From Candidatus Marinacidobacterales bacterium (lineage in GTDB: Bacteria > Acidobacteriota > Vicinamibacteria > Marinacidobacterales > SMYC01): a DNA stretch of 64,000 bases. Made by a program: the position numbers and the translations under genes. Of this stretch, positions 31,811 to 41,751 are shown in pieces. Under the pieces are notes generated by a model. That model was not told the DNA's origin, searched no databases, and saw only the letters and a program-made list of their open reading frames with translations. Numbering within the stretch: the stretch's first letter is position 1; every line of letters starts with the position of its first letter. Location: contig CBDCYI010000009.1 in the NCBI GenBank assembly GCA_965224085.1, positions 704,001-768,000 of the forward strand, written 5' to 3'.

Positions 31811-32575
31811 ATGATAGACAGCCACGCCCACCTAGAAATGGACCGCTTCGACGAGGACCGCGAGGCTGTCATCGCTCGAGCTAAAAGCGCGGGCGTCGAA
31901 GCCATCCTCTCGCTCGCGATGGTGGACGAAGAAGACAGCTACAAAAAGGCTCTCCCGCTCGTCGCAACCCACGATTTTTACACGGCTGTCGGCTGCCACC
32001 CGCATGACGCTAAGATCTTCGACCAGAAGGGTGGCGAAGCCCTCCTCCGCGATCTCGCGAGTGGGTCGCGTGTCGTGGCGATCGGTGAGATTGGGCTCGA
32101 CTACCACTACGACTCGTCCCCCAGGGAAGAGCAGCGGGACGTGTTCCGCCGCCAAATTCGGCTGGCCCGCGAGCTCGAGCTTCCCGTCATCGTGCACCAC
32201 CGCGAGGCCGAAGAGGACCTGGCCGCCATTCTGGAGGAGGAAACGACGGGTGTCCGTGGGATCCTGCATTCGTTCACGGCGAGCCTCGCCACCGCCGAGA
32301 TGGCCATTGCCCACGGGTTCTTGATCTCTTTTTCGGGGATCTTGACGTTCAGAAACGCCGAACCGCTGCGCCAAGCCGCCCGCGGGCTTCCGCTCGACAA
32401 GATCCTCGTGGAAACGGACTGTCCGTACCTCGCTCCCGTGCCCTATCGCGGCAAACGCAACGAGCCCGCCTTCGTGCGCGAGACCGCCGACTGCCTGGCC
32501 AAAACCAAGGGGATTTCCGGGCGGGAGGTCGAGGCAGCTACGGACGAGAACTTTTGGCGGTTTTTTTCCATCTAG
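31811..32575 (+). CDS. tatD: TatD family hydrolase/DNase
   Basis: MIDSHAHL, GCHPH, AIGEIGLDY, VIVHHR, GILHSF, LVETDCPYLAP.PYRGKRNEP. Confidence 0.95.
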   Translation: MIDSHAHLEMDRFDEDREAVIARAKSAGVEAILSLAMVDEEDSYKKALPLVATHDFYTAVGCHPHDAKIFDQKGGEALLRDLASGSRVVAIGEIGLDYHYDSSPREEQRDVFRRQIRLARELELPVIVHHREAEEDLAAILEEETTGVRGILHSFTASLATAEMAIAHGFLISFSGILTFRNAEPLRQAARGLPLDKILVETDCPYLAPVPYRGKRNEPAFVRETADCLAKTKGISGREVEAATDENFWRFFSI

Positions 32576-32641
32576 TTGACTTCAAATAGGATCTCAGCTC
32601 TCATTGCCGAGAAACGGGAATTTCGTAATAATGGGGGCCGA

Positions 32642-33139
32642 ATGGCGGTAGAAAGCAGTTTCGATATCGTGTGCAAGTTGGACGTGCAGGAAGTGAAGAA
32701 TGCCGTCCAGCACTCGATGAAGGAAATCGTGAACCGGTTCGATTTCAAGGGCTCGGGTACACAAATCCAGGTCGTGGATGATGGGGTTGCGATCGAGCTC
32801 AAGTCCTCGGAAGAGTTCAAGCTTCAAGGCGCGCGCGACGTGCTGGAATCGAAGCTAGTGAAGCGGGGTATCGAGCTCTTGGCGTTGAACCCTGGCCAGA
32901 TCGAGTCCGCGCTAGGAGGTACCGTCCGGCAGAAAATCGAGCTCCAGAACGGCATCCCCATGGAAAAGGCGCGCGAAATCGTAAAAATCGTGAAGTCCAC
33001 GAAGCGCAAGGTCCAAGCCGCGATTCAGGGCGACCAAGTTCGCATTAGCGGCAAAAAGAAAGACGAGCTACAGTCCATCATGGCTCTCTTGAAAGAGGCG
33101 GATCTCGGAATCGCGATGCAGTTCAAGAATTACCGCTAA
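32642..33139 (+). CDS. yajQ: YajQ family nucleotide/c-di-GMP-binding protein
   Basis: SFDIVCK.D.QEV.NA, RFDFKG, KLVKRGI, KVQAAIQGDQVRISGKKKDELQ, QFKNYR. Confidence 0.95.
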   Translation: MAVESSFDIVCKLDVQEVKNAVQHSMKEIVNRFDFKGSGTQIQVVDDGVAIELKSSEEFKLQGARDVLESKLVKRGIELLALNPGQIESALGGTVRQKIELQNGIPMEKAREIVKIVKSTKRKVQAAIQGDQVRISGKKKDELQSIMALLKEADLGIAMQFKNYR

Positions 33140-33145
33140 GAGCGC

Positions 33146-34177
33146 ATGGCAGGAAGAACATCTATGGCGTCCTCCGAAACACGTTCTGAGCTCCAAGAGC
33201 CCTCTCTGACCCTTGAATATATTTTCGGTGAAATCCAGAACGATCTCGATACCGTCGAGCAGATCATCCGCGACAAAGTGGAGAGCAAGCTCCAGCTCGT
33301 CGAGTCCAGTAGTCGCTATATCTACCGGAGCGGTGGTAAGCGCGTCCGGCCGGCGCTTCTCCTCATCGCCGCTCGCGCCTGCGGCTATACGGGCGACAAG
33401 GCGCCGCAATATGGCGCCGTCACCGAGTTCATCCATACCGCGACGCTCGTCCATGACGACATCGTTGATGAAGCGGTCATGCGGCGCGGGCAGCAATCCG
33501 TCAACGCTCTGCTCGGAAACGATTTCACCGTCCTCCTCGGGGATTTCCTCTACATCCGCTCGATCGGGCTCGCCATCGAGATGGGTAGCCTCGAGATTCT
33601 GCAAGTCATTACCGAGATCACGCTGCGCATGATCGAGGGCATGATTCTGGAACTGACCCGTGGAGGCGCGGTCGATTTAACGGTGGACGAGCACCTCGAC
33701 ATCTTGAAGCGCAAAACGGCCTATTTGTTTTATGGCTGCACGCAAATGGGTGCGAAGCTCGGTGGCGCGTCGCCGGAAGTCGAGACTGCGCTCGGCGAGT
33801 ACGGCATGAATATCGGCATGGCCTTTCAAGTCGCAGACGATCTACTCGACTTCACATCTGACGAAAAGACGCTCGGCAAACCCGTGCTCTCGGATTTGAA
33901 AGAAGGCCACGTCACGTTGCCGATCATTTACGCGCTCCAAAACGAGCCGCGCGCGCTCCCGACGGTCCAAGCGGTCATCGAGCGCGGCAGCATCGACGAG
34001 GTCAGCCGCAAAGAGATCCTGGATTTGGTGCGTCGCAACGGAAGTCTCGACAAAGCTCGGGACCTTGCCGAGGACTACGCATTCAAAGCCAAGGAATGTC
34101 TCGCGTCCCTGCCGGAGTCCATTAATAAGGATGCGTTGATGGCGCTCGCGTACTACGTCATCGAGCGCAATCGGTAG
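33146..34177 (+). CDS. Long-chain polyprenyl diphosphate synthase (IspB-like)
   Basis: GGKRVRP, EFIHTATLVHDDIVD...RRG, KTAYLF, AFQVADDLLD, GK...SDLKEG. Confidence 0.93.
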   Translation: MAGRTSMASSETRSELQEPSLTLEYIFGEIQNDLDTVEQIIRDKVESKLQLVESSSRYIYRSGGKRVRPALLLIAARACGYTGDKAPQYGAVTEFIHTATLVHDDIVDEAVMRRGQQSVNALLGNDFTVLLGDFLYIRSIGLAIEMGSLEILQVITEITLRMIEGMILELTRGGAVDLTVDEHLDILKRKTAYLFYGCTQMGAKLGGASPEVETALGEYGMNIGMAFQVADDLLDFTSDEKTLGKPVLSDLKEGHVTLPIIYALQNEPRALPTVQAVIERGSIDEVSRKEILDLVRRNGSLDKARDLAEDYAFKAKECLASLPESINKDALMALAYYVIERNR

Positions 34178-34206
34178 GGCGAATAGGCGGCAGGCGGTAG
34201 GACACG

Positions 34207-34665
34207 CTGAGCCGCACACGGTATAGCCAGCGCGCCTTCCCTCCCTACCGCCACGAGCCCGGCAAGACGCCGCACCCGGAGCGTCACCCAGAGGGCCACA
34301 TGTACGGGCTCGAGCCCGCTTCCGAAGAAAACGATTTCTTGTACGGGGTCGATCTGTTCAATGCCGCCTATTGGTGGGAGGCGCATGTCTATTTCGAGCG
34401 CCTGTGGGCGGAGACTTCGTCTGCGGACGATCGCGAGTTTCTGCAGGGGCTCATCCAGCTCGCTGCGGCTCTCGTGAGACGGCGCGCAGGCAGCGCCGTC
34501 GGCGACGCGAAACTCACCGCGAAAGCGCTCGAAAAGCTCCGGCATACGCGGGAGCGCTTGGGGGCGGCATGCATGGGCGTGCGCCTCGATCCTCTGATCG
34601 CGAGCATTGAGGTCGTCGTCGACGAGTGCGGATCGATCGTCATTGAGCTCGAGCACCGGCCCTAA
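34207..34665 (+). CDS. DUF309 domain protein
   Basis: [40 protein letters not shown]; start uncertain (CTG 34207 or ATG 34300). Confidence 0.8.
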   Translation: MSRTRYSQRAFPPYRHEPGKTPHPERHPEGHMYGLEPASEENDFLYGVDLFNAAYWWEAHVYFERLWAETSSADDREFLQGLIQLAAALVRRRAGSAVGDAKLTAKALEKLRHTRERLGAACMGVRLDPLIASIEVVVDECGSIVIELEHRP

Positions 34666-34723
34666 TCTACTTCAAACAAAAGGTTTAAGGCCGCGTGCTA
34701 TACTCGACCCATTAAAGGAAAAC

Positions 34724-35383
34724 ATGGTCAAGCCCCGCATACTCGTCGTAGACGATGAAGAGCCCATTCGTAAGACCCTCCGCATGACGCTCGAATACGA
34801 GGGTTATGACGTCTCCGAAGGATCGTCCGGGGCGGAAGCGCTCGACAAGATCGAGAACGAGCCCTACGACCTCGTTTTTCTCGATATCAAGATGCCGGGG
34901 ATGGACGGCTTCGAAGTCCTCGGAGAGCTTCGCGAGCGCACGACAGCCCCTCAGGTCGTCGTCGTGAGCGGCCACGCAAACGTGCAAACGGCCGTCCAAG
35001 CCACGAAGCTACTAGGCGCTTTCGATTTCATCGAAAAGCCACTCGAGACCGAGAGGATATTGCTCGCTGTCCGAAACGCGCTTGAGCGCAAAGAGCTCAA
35101 GGAGGAGGTCTCGAGGCTCCGGCCCCGTTTCGAGCGCCGCTACCAGATGGTCGGGACCTCGTCGGTGATGGATAAAGTGCGCGAAGCTATCGCTCGCTCC
35201 GCTCCCACGAACGCCACCGTGCTCGTCACGGGAGAGTCGGGAACGGGCAAAGAGCTCGTCGCCCGCGCCATCCACACGAACAGCAACCGCACCCGCGCCC
35301 CCTGGATTCAAGTCAACTGCGCCGCCATCCCCGAAGACCTCATCGAGAGCGAGCTATTCGGGCACGAGAAAGGATCGTTCACA
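34724..35383 (+). CDS. Sigma54-dependent response regulator (NtrC/NtrX family), truncated
   Basis: Receiver [22 protein letters not shown]; [35 protein letters not shown], then homology stops. Confidence 0.9.
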
Positions 35384-35657
35384 AATGGCCGTCGCCGAGT
35401 GGAACGCCGGGAACGACCCCAAAGTTTCGGCCGCGCACCTTCGCTACTTGAATCCGTTCCCGAAGAACACCGCCGACGTGATGTCGCGCTTCGCGAAAGT
35501 ACTCGTACCCGAGCTCAACTTGGGACAGCTCGCGCTGCTGCTCCGAGGAAAGTTTGGAACAGACGTGGTCGAGCTTCACAAAGTTCAGGGCCGCCCATTC
35601 ACGATTGCGGAGCTCACCGACGCGTTTCGGGCGCAATTAGAGAAAGGTGCCTCATGA
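35384..35657 (+). pseudogene. korA: C-terminal fragment of 2-oxoacid:ferredoxin oxidoreductase alpha subunit
   Basis: [35 protein letters not shown]; 5' part missing. Confidence 0.85.
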
Positions 35658-35849
35658 CGACGGCTGCAGCGACAAAGACTTGGAAGCGACAGGACTTCGC
35701 GTCCGACCAGGACGTCCGCTGGTGTCCCGGTTGCGGAGACTACGTTGTACTGTCCTCGGTGCACCGAACGCTAGCCGCCGTCGGTCGGGCGCCCCACGAG
35801 AACGTGTTCATCTCCGGCATTGGTTGCTCGAGCCGGTTCCCCTATTACC
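35654..35849 (+). pseudogene. korB: N-terminal part of 2-oxoacid:ferredoxin oxidoreductase beta subunit, cut by an IS
   Basis: [32 protein letters not shown] immediately followed by the IS left end. Confidence 0.9.
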
Positions 35850-36937
35850 GGCGTTGTTGCACCGCTCTTGGCTGAGCGCGAAATCTACCCTATGGTGGTG
35901 GCCGAGGTAATGTTCGACCATGAAGTATCCCAAGCGCAGCCAGTACAAACACGCGAAACAGAAGAAGTACCACGTTTCCAACTGGGCGGAATACAACGAA
36001 GGGCTGCGCCGCCGGGGCGATTTGACGGTCTGGTTTGACGAGGAGGCAATCGCGAACTGGAAGGCCGACAAGAGCGGTAAGCCTGGCGGTCAACGGGTCT
36101 ATTCAGAGATGGCGATTGAAACGGGCCTGGTTGTCCGGATGGTGTACAAGCTTGCCTACCGCCAAACCGAAGGCTTCTTGCACTCGATCGCCTCGCTTCT
36201 CCGGCTGTGTATCGAGATCCCGGACTACTCGACGTTGTGTCGGCGGTCGAGGCTGCTCCGCAAGAAGCTGCGGATTCGGAAAGCCGCAAGCAATCAACCA
36301 ATCCACCTGATGATCGATAGCACGGGCTTGAGGATTCATGTTGGAACCACCCGCAAACCGCCAAAGCAGCGCGCCTGGCGCAAGTTGCACATCGCCGTTG
36401 ATCGCAAGACCGGCAACATTGTTGCGTCCGAACTGACGGTGTCACGAGCTCGCGACGCAACGCGAGTCCCCCCTTTGCTAACACAGATTCAAGCACCTAT
36501 AGCGTCGGTGGCGGCGGACAGTGCATACGACAAGGAAGCGGTCTACGAAGCCATCGAAGCGCACAGCCCTGAACGAAGGACGCGCGTGGTGATTCCGCCG
36601 CAACGAAACGCCACGCTCAGTCAGAATTCGAACACCGCCATGCGGGAACGCGACCGCCATATTCGTGCCATCGAAAGACACGGCCGACGTGAATGGTACA
36701 AGCTCTCAGGCTGCACCGAGCGAAGCATGGTGGAGAACGCGGTCTATCGTTACAAGGCGATCATGGGGCCCGAGATGCGGGCTCGAACGTTGGCGAGGCA
36801 ACGAGTTGAACACCGAATTGGGTGCGAGATACTCAACAAGATGACCGCGCTCGGTATGCCCGATACTTACTGCGCCGGGTGACTCTCCGACCGGCACAGG
36901 GAGGTCAGCGATTTGCTCCGGGCCGTGCAACAACGCC
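35850..36937 (+). mobile_element. IS5 family insertion sequence, IS903 group
   Basis: 13-bp perfect TIRs GGCGTTGTTGCAC / GTGCAACAACGCC (IS903-like GGC(T/G)TTGTTG); single transposase; no flanking direct repeat. Confidence 0.92.
35920..36882 (+). CDS. IS5/IS903-group DDE transposase
   Basis: NWAEYNEGLRRRGDLTVW, PDYSTLCRR, IDSTGL, WRKLHIAVD, ADSAYD, RSMVENAVYRYK, LNKMTALGMP. Confidence 0.95.
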   Translation: MKYPKRSQYKHAKQKKYHVSNWAEYNEGLRRRGDLTVWFDEEAIANWKADKSGKPGGQRVYSEMAIETGLVVRMVYKLAYRQTEGFLHSIASLLRLCIEIPDYSTLCRRSRLLRKKLRIRKAASNQPIHLMIDSTGLRIHVGTTRKPPKQRAWRKLHIAVDRKTGNIVASELTVSRARDATRVPPLLTQIQAPIASVAADSAYDKEAVYEAIEAHSPERRTRVVIPPQRNATLSQNSNTAMRERDRHIRAIERHGRREWYKLSGCTERSMVENAVYRYKAIMGPEMRARTLARQRVEHRIGCEILNKMTALGMPDTYCAG

Positions 36938-37284
36938 CCTTTTCTTCGAAGGTAATCGGCAAGCGCGACCGCCTGGTTGTAGTCTTTGTCGCGCGCGCTA
37001 TAGACGAGCGTCACCGTGCCGCTCCTGGACGCGGCGAGGATCGGCACCCAAAGCTCGCTTCTGTCGGCGAGCTCCGCGCTGTAGCGCTTCTTGAACCCGG
37101 CCCACTTTTCAGGATCGTGCGCGAACCAGCGTCTGAGTGTGTGGCTCGGACCGAGTTCGGGAAGCCACGCTTCGATGTGGACCCAATCCTTCGCCACGCC
37201 GCGCGGCCACAGGCGGTCAACCAGAAACCGCTTCCCGTCCTCGGCGCTCGCGGCTTCGTAGACGCGCTTCGTTCGAATCGGCAC
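36938..37284 (-). CDS. DUF488/YeaO family protein; 3' end runs into the IS
   Basis: IRTKRVYE, RFLVDRLWPRGV.K, PS..LRRWFAHDP.KW..F..RY, TLVYSARD..YNQAVAL. Confidence 0.88.
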
Positions 37285-37317
37285 CCTACGAGTATAGAGG
37301 ATAAAATCGCTCTCACC

Positions 37318-38121
37318 ATGACTGAGCTTCAGGGTGCGCGCGTTTTGATCACGGGTGCGGCGAGCGGCATCGGAAGGCGCATGGCTTTAGGCGTTGCGCG
37401 GCGCGGCGGCACGCTCGCTCTTTGGGACTTGAACGGTGAGGGTCTCGAGTCCGTGAAGTCCGAAGTAGAAGCGCTCGGAGGGAAAGCGACCGCTGCTGTC
37501 TGCGACGTCTCCGAGCGCGAGGCGGTTTACGCGGCCGCGGCGGCGGAAGAGCCGGTCGACGTCCTCATTAATAATGCTGGCATCGTCAGCGGCCAAGCGC
37601 TTCTCGAGATCTCGGACGAGCAGATCGAAAAGAGCTTCGACGTGAATGCGCTGTCCTTGTTTTGGATGACGAGAGCGTTCTTGCCAGGCATGATGGAGCG
37701 CGGCCGTGGACATGTGGTCACCATCGCCTCGGCAGCGGGCCTTCTCGGCGTTCCGGGTCTCACGGACTATTGCGCGACCAAGTGGGCCGCCATCGGCTTC
37801 GACGAGTCGCTTCGCGCCGAGCTCGAAAAGAAAGCCTCCGGCGTTCGGACCACCGTCGTCTGCCCTTACTACATTGATACCGGGATGTTCGAGGGCGTTA
37901 AAACCCGCTTTTCGTTTCTTTTGCCTATCTTGAATGCGGAGCGTGTCGCGGAGAAGGTTCTACGCGTCATCGAGCGCAACCAGGCGCGTCTATGGATGCC
38001 TCCTCTTGTGTACAGCCTCCCATTTCTTCGCCTCCTCCCCGTGTCGTGGTTTGATGCCGTTGCAAAATTGTTGGGTATCAGCGCTTCAATGGACGCATTC
38101 AAAGGCCGAACGACCAAATAA
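37318..38121 (+). CDS. Short-chain dehydrogenase/reductase
   Basis: TGAASGIG, LINNAGI, ASAAG, YCATK, VCPYYIDTGMF. Confidence 0.92.
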   Translation: MTELQGARVLITGAASGIGRRMALGVARRGGTLALWDLNGEGLESVKSEVEALGGKATAAVCDVSEREAVYAAAAAEEPVDVLINNAGIVSGQALLEISDEQIEKSFDVNALSLFWMTRAFLPGMMERGRGHVVTIASAAGLLGVPGLTDYCATKWAAIGFDESLRAELEKKASGVRTTVVCPYYIDTGMFEGVKTRFSFLLPILNAERVAEKVLRVIERNQARLWMPPLVYSLPFLRLLPVSWFDAVAKLLGISASMDAFKGRTTK

Positions 38122-38146
38122 CCTTACAATTCTGCTGGTTGCCCGT

Positions 38147-38193
38147 TTGCCGGAGCTGGCCCTATGAGTTAAAATTTGACTATGCGGTCAAAT
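38147..38193 (+). promoter_or_regulatory. Sigma70 promoter overlapped by a TetR-type operator
   Basis: TTGCCG-17 nt-TAAAAT (38147-38175); palindrome ATTTGAC-N6-GTCAAAT (38174-38193) spanning ATG 38182. Confidence 0.7.
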
Positions 38194-38826
38194 CTTGAGT
38201 CTGTCGGCCAGAAAAAGCCTACTTTCATTGAGGAAGCTCGCCGCCGGCAGATCGTCGAAACGGGAATCCAGACGATCGCCACCCAAGGCTTCTCCCAGGC
38301 TTCGCTGGCGGAGATTGCCCGCAAAGCGGGCATCAGCAAAGGGGTCATCTCGTACCACTTCGCGGGCAAGGAGGCGCTCGTCGATGAGATCTTGCGCTCG
38401 CTTCTCCGCCAGCCGGCTGAGTTCATCAAAGAGCGCGTCAGCCGCCACGAGAGCGCGCTCGGTAAGCTGCGCGCTTATATCGAAGCCAACTTCGAGTTCA
38501 TGAAGACCCACCGCGATAACTATGTCGCGCTCGTCGATCTTTGGGGGCGCCGCGGAAGCTCGGGGGGCCACAGCCGCTTCAACGCCGAAGCCCACGAGCC
38601 CGCGCGGCACTACCTCGCGCGCATCCTCGACGCGGGCCGTGAGCGCGGGGAGCTGCGTCAAGTTCCGGTGCGCACGACAGCTTCACTCGTCCAGGCCGCC
38701 ATCGACGGCGTGATGCTCCAGTGGGTCTTCGATGAAGAGGCCATCGATCTCGATGTGAGCCGCGCCGAAATATTGGAGATGGTTACCGGTCACGTAGTGC
38801 CCCAAGCAACAGGAGAACTCCGATGA
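38182..38826 (+). CDS. TetR family transcriptional regulator
   Basis: TFIEEARRRQIV...I.TIA..GF..ASLAEIARKAGISKGVISYHF.GK. Confidence 0.92.
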   Translation: MRSNLESVGQKKPTFIEEARRRQIVETGIQTIATQGFSQASLAEIARKAGISKGVISYHFAGKEALVDEILRSLLRQPAEFIKERVSRHESALGKLRAYIEANFEFMKTHRDNYVALVDLWGRRGSSGGHSRFNAEAHEPARHYLARILDAGRERGELRQVPVRTTASLVQAAIDGVMLQWVFDEEAIDLDVSRAEILEMVTGHVVPQATGELR

Positions 38827-40772
38827 GCCCTATCGACACCACAGGCATGTCCGAAGGCAAAAAAGCCGCTCTCGAGCTCACCGAATCGTCGCGGGAAAGT
38901 TTCCACGGCTATCCCACGTTCGCGGGCGCGATCTTTATGGGCGAGCTCCACATGGACCTCATCCATCCTTGTCCCGAAGCGGCGTCCAACCGTGACGCTC
39001 GAGGTCGTGAGTTCCTGACGAGGCTCGAAGCGTTCTTGAAAGAGCATGCCGATCCCAATCAGATCGATCGCGATGGCGAAATCCCCGACCACGTCGTTGA
39101 AGGCCTCGCGGCGCTCGGCGCATTCGGGATCAAAATCCCACGGGAATACGGAGGCCTTGGCCTGAGCCAACAAATCTACACGCGTGCCGCCGTCCTGGTC
39201 GGAAGCTATTGCGGGAGCATCTCGGCGCTTTTGTCCGCGCATCAATCGATCGGTGTGCCCCAACCTCTGCTTTTGTTTGGAACGCAAGAACAGAAGAGTC
39301 GCTTCCTCCCACGTGTCGCGGGGGGCGAGATCTCGGCCTTCGCGCTCACGGAAAAAAGTGTCGGCTCGGATCCTTCGCGCATGGAGACTCATGCCGAGCC
39401 AACTGAGGACGACGCCGGTAAGCACTTTATTCTCAATGGCGAGAAGCTTTGGTGCACGAACGGCACCCGCGCGAAGTTGCTCGTGGTCATGGCCAAGACG
39501 CCGCCGAAGGAGTTCGACGGTAAGAAGCGCAACCAAGTCACCGCTTTCGTGGTCGACACCGACACACCCGGTGTCGAAGTGGTGCACCGCTGCCGTTTCA
39601 TGGGCTTGAAGGCACTCTTTAACGCCGTCATCCGCTTCGACAACGTGAAAGTCCCCGCCGAGAACGTCATCGGAGCCGAAGGTGCGGGCCTTCGCGTCGC
39701 CCTCACGACGCTCAACACCGGACGCATCACGCTACCGGCGATGTGCATCGGCCTGAGCAAGCGTGCGTACCAATATGCGAGGGACTTCGCGAACGATCGA
39801 GAGCAATGGGGCGCGCCGATTGGAAAACACGCCGCCGTCGCCGACAAGATTGCGCGCATGGCATCGACGATCTTCGCGATGGAATCGATGACCTACCTCA
39901 CTTCCGCGCTCGTCGATCGCAAGCACATGGATATCCGCGTGGAAGCAGCGATGGCGAAGCTGTACGGAACCGAGGCTGCGTGGAACAACGTCGACGAAGC
40001 GATGCAGACCCTTGGAGGCCGCGGCTACGAGACCGCCGAATCCCTCGGGGCTCGAGGCGAAAAGCCCTATGCCATCGAGCGTGCGATGCGCGATGCGCGC
40101 ATCAACCGCATCTTCGAAGGCTCAACGGAGATCATGCGCTTGTTCATCGCGCGCGAAGCGATGGACCCGCATCTGCGCATAGCCGGCGATGTCATGGACT
40201 CACGGCTCCCGCTCTCGAAACGTCTCACCGCGACGCTTCGCGCCGGCTGGTTTTATGTGCGGTGGTACCCGAAACAATGGCTCCCGGCCTTTCCCAAAAC
40301 ACCGGGAATGGACCCTGCCCTGAAAAGGCATGTGCGCTACGCGGCCCGAACGAGCAAGAAGCTTGCGCGAAAAATGTTCCGTGCGATGTTGAAACACGGA
40401 CCCAAGCTAGAGCGCGAGCAATTACTCCTCGCGCGATTCGTCGACGTCGCCACGGACCTCTTTGCCCAATTGGCCTCTGCAAGCCGAGCCCAAGCGCTCA
40501 TCGACGAAGGTGCCGATGCCCGTGAAGTGAAAGCTCTCGTCGAGCACTTTTGCGCCGAATCCCGCCTTCGCATCGAAGCCGCCTTCCGAGGCGTGGGCCA
40601 GAACAACGATGCGATGGGGTATCGCCTCGCACAAGGACTGCTGAAAGGCGACGCCGAATGGCTCCTTGACGGCATCGTCGAGGAGACCCTCGAGCCCCCG
40701 GTGAGCCACGGTGAGCCGAAACCTGCCGATGTGGACCAACTGACGCTGGAGCTCGAAGAGGTTCGGCACTGA
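38823..40772 (+). CDS. Acyl-CoA dehydrogenase (VLCAD/ACAD9-like)
   Basis: AHQSIG, AFALTE..VGSD, LNGEKLWCTNG, LNTGR, REQWGAPIG, QTLGGRGY, RDARINRIFEGSTEI. Confidence 0.95.
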   Translation: MSPIDTTGMSEGKKAALELTESSRESFHGYPTFAGAIFMGELHMDLIHPCPEAASNRDARGREFLTRLEAFLKEHADPNQIDRDGEIPDHVVEGLAALGAFGIKIPREYGGLGLSQQIYTRAAVLVGSYCGSISALLSAHQSIGVPQPLLLFGTQEQKSRFLPRVAGGEISAFALTEKSVGSDPSRMETHAEPTEDDAGKHFILNGEKLWCTNGTRAKLLVVMAKTPPKEFDGKKRNQVTAFVVDTDTPGVEVVHRCRFMGLKALFNAVIRFDNVKVPAENVIGAEGAGLRVALTTLNTGRITLPAMCIGLSKRAYQYARDFANDREQWGAPIGKHAAVADKIARMASTIFAMESMTYLTSALVDRKHMDIRVEAAMAKLYGTEAAWNNVDEAMQTLGGRGYETAESLGARGEKPYAIERAMRDARINRIFEGSTEIMRLFIAREAMDPHLRIAGDVMDSRLPLSKRLTATLRAGWFYVRWYPKQWLPAFPKTPGMDPALKRHVRYAARTSKKLARKMFRAMLKHGPKLEREQLLLARFVDVATDLFAQLASASRAQALIDEGADAREVKALVEHFCAESRLRIEAAFRGVGQNNDAMGYRLAQGLLKGDAEWLLDGIVEETLEPPVSHGEPKPADVDQLTLELEEVRH

Positions 40773-40778
40773 TCGCGT

Positions 40779-40807
40779 TTGCCTGGAACACCGGATCGGA
40801 GTATTCT
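40779..40807 (+). promoter_or_regulatory. Sigma70 promoter of the tRNA pair
   Basis: TTGCCT-17 nt-TATTCT, about 40 bp upstream of tRNA-Arg. Confidence 0.6.
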
Positions 40808-40845
40808 TACGGTCTTCTGGAGACAACGTCCTCGGATGCCGGCAT

Positions 40846-40922
40846 GCGCCTGTAGCTCAGCTGGATAGAGCGTCTGCCTCCGGAGCAGAAGGTCAGAGGT
40901 TCGAATCCTCTCAGGCGTACCA
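40846..40922 (+). tRNA. tRNA-Arg(CCG)
   Basis: Acceptor GCGCCTG/CAGGCGT, anticodon arm TCTGC-CT-CCG-GA-GCAGA, GTTCGAATC, encoded CCA. Confidence 0.97.
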
Positions 40923-40943
40923 GTCGAAGCATCCCCATCACGT

Positions 40944-41019
40944 GGGCCGCTAGCTCAATTGGCAGAGCAACGGACTCTTAATCCGTAGGTTCGCGGTTCG
41001 ATTCCGCGGCGGCTCACCA
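40944..41019 (+). tRNA. tRNA-Lys(CTT)
   Basis: Acceptor GGGCCGC/GCGGCTC, anticodon arm ACGGA-CT-CTT-AA-TCCGT, GTTCGATTC, encoded CCA. Confidence 0.97.
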
Positions 41020-41049
41020 ACTTGCAGACGCTCCAATTTTCGTGGGGGG

Positions 41050-41747
41050 TGTAAGTGGGCGGACTTGGAAATTTCGCCCGATTCCGCCACGTCGAAACCG
41101 TTTGCTTTGTCGGCAAGGTCGCTGCCTTTCGACGGCATCCAGCGTGCGTAGTATTTCAATACGGTTTCCGGCGAGTCTCCCATCTGAGCCGCAACGTAGG
41201 TCAACGCCACACGCGCTACGGCAAAGCTGGCATATGTGTGTCTGAGATCGTATGGCGTGAAGTGAGGTAGCCCGCCTCGCTTCAGCACTTTGTTGAATTC
41301 CTTCACGACGTTCGCGTGATCGAGCGTGGTGTTGGCGTCCGAAGGAAACAGTAGCTCGGGTTCACCCCAACCTTTCTTCATTCCGTGTTCGCGTAGGTGC
41401 GACACGTGCTCACTCAGGATCTCAAGTAGTGGCGTCGGGATATCTACTACACGGATTACGCTCGTCTTCGTAGTCTTCTCTCTAAGAGTATGAAGCTCGA
41501 TGGATTTGTTGATAGTGATCGTGCGCTTGTGCCAGTCTATTGAGTCGAGCCGAAGCGCATAGGGTTCGCTCGGTCGTAAACCGGTCATGACACGCAACGT
41601 GAACAGAACACCGAAACGCGAATCCTTGCAGGCTTCTAGAAACCTCGCACGCTGCTCCGTGTCCATCGGCTTGATGCGTGCGGCTTGTTCGTTTACTGAG
41701 ACGAAGCCAGGTTGCTTTCGACGTGATCCCAATCGAACGCCTAGCAC
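41050..41747 (-). pseudogene. Tyrosine recombinase/integrase catalytic domain; N-terminal domains missing
   Basis: MTGLRPSE, KTTKT..IR, PYDLRHTYAS, QMGDS....LKYY; the ORF reads through into the tRNA. Confidence 0.85.
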
Positions 41748-41751
41748 AGGG

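Noticed and set aside
34607-35875. Apparent fusion of an NtrC regulator to a KorB N-terminus
   Set aside because: Chance open frame across a break at about 35383; the intervening DNA encodes the KorA C-terminus in another frame.
40950-41050. Integrase C-terminus overlapping tRNA-Lys
   Set aside because: The tail EPPRNRTANLRIKSPLLCQLS is the antisense translation of the tRNA, reached by read-through.
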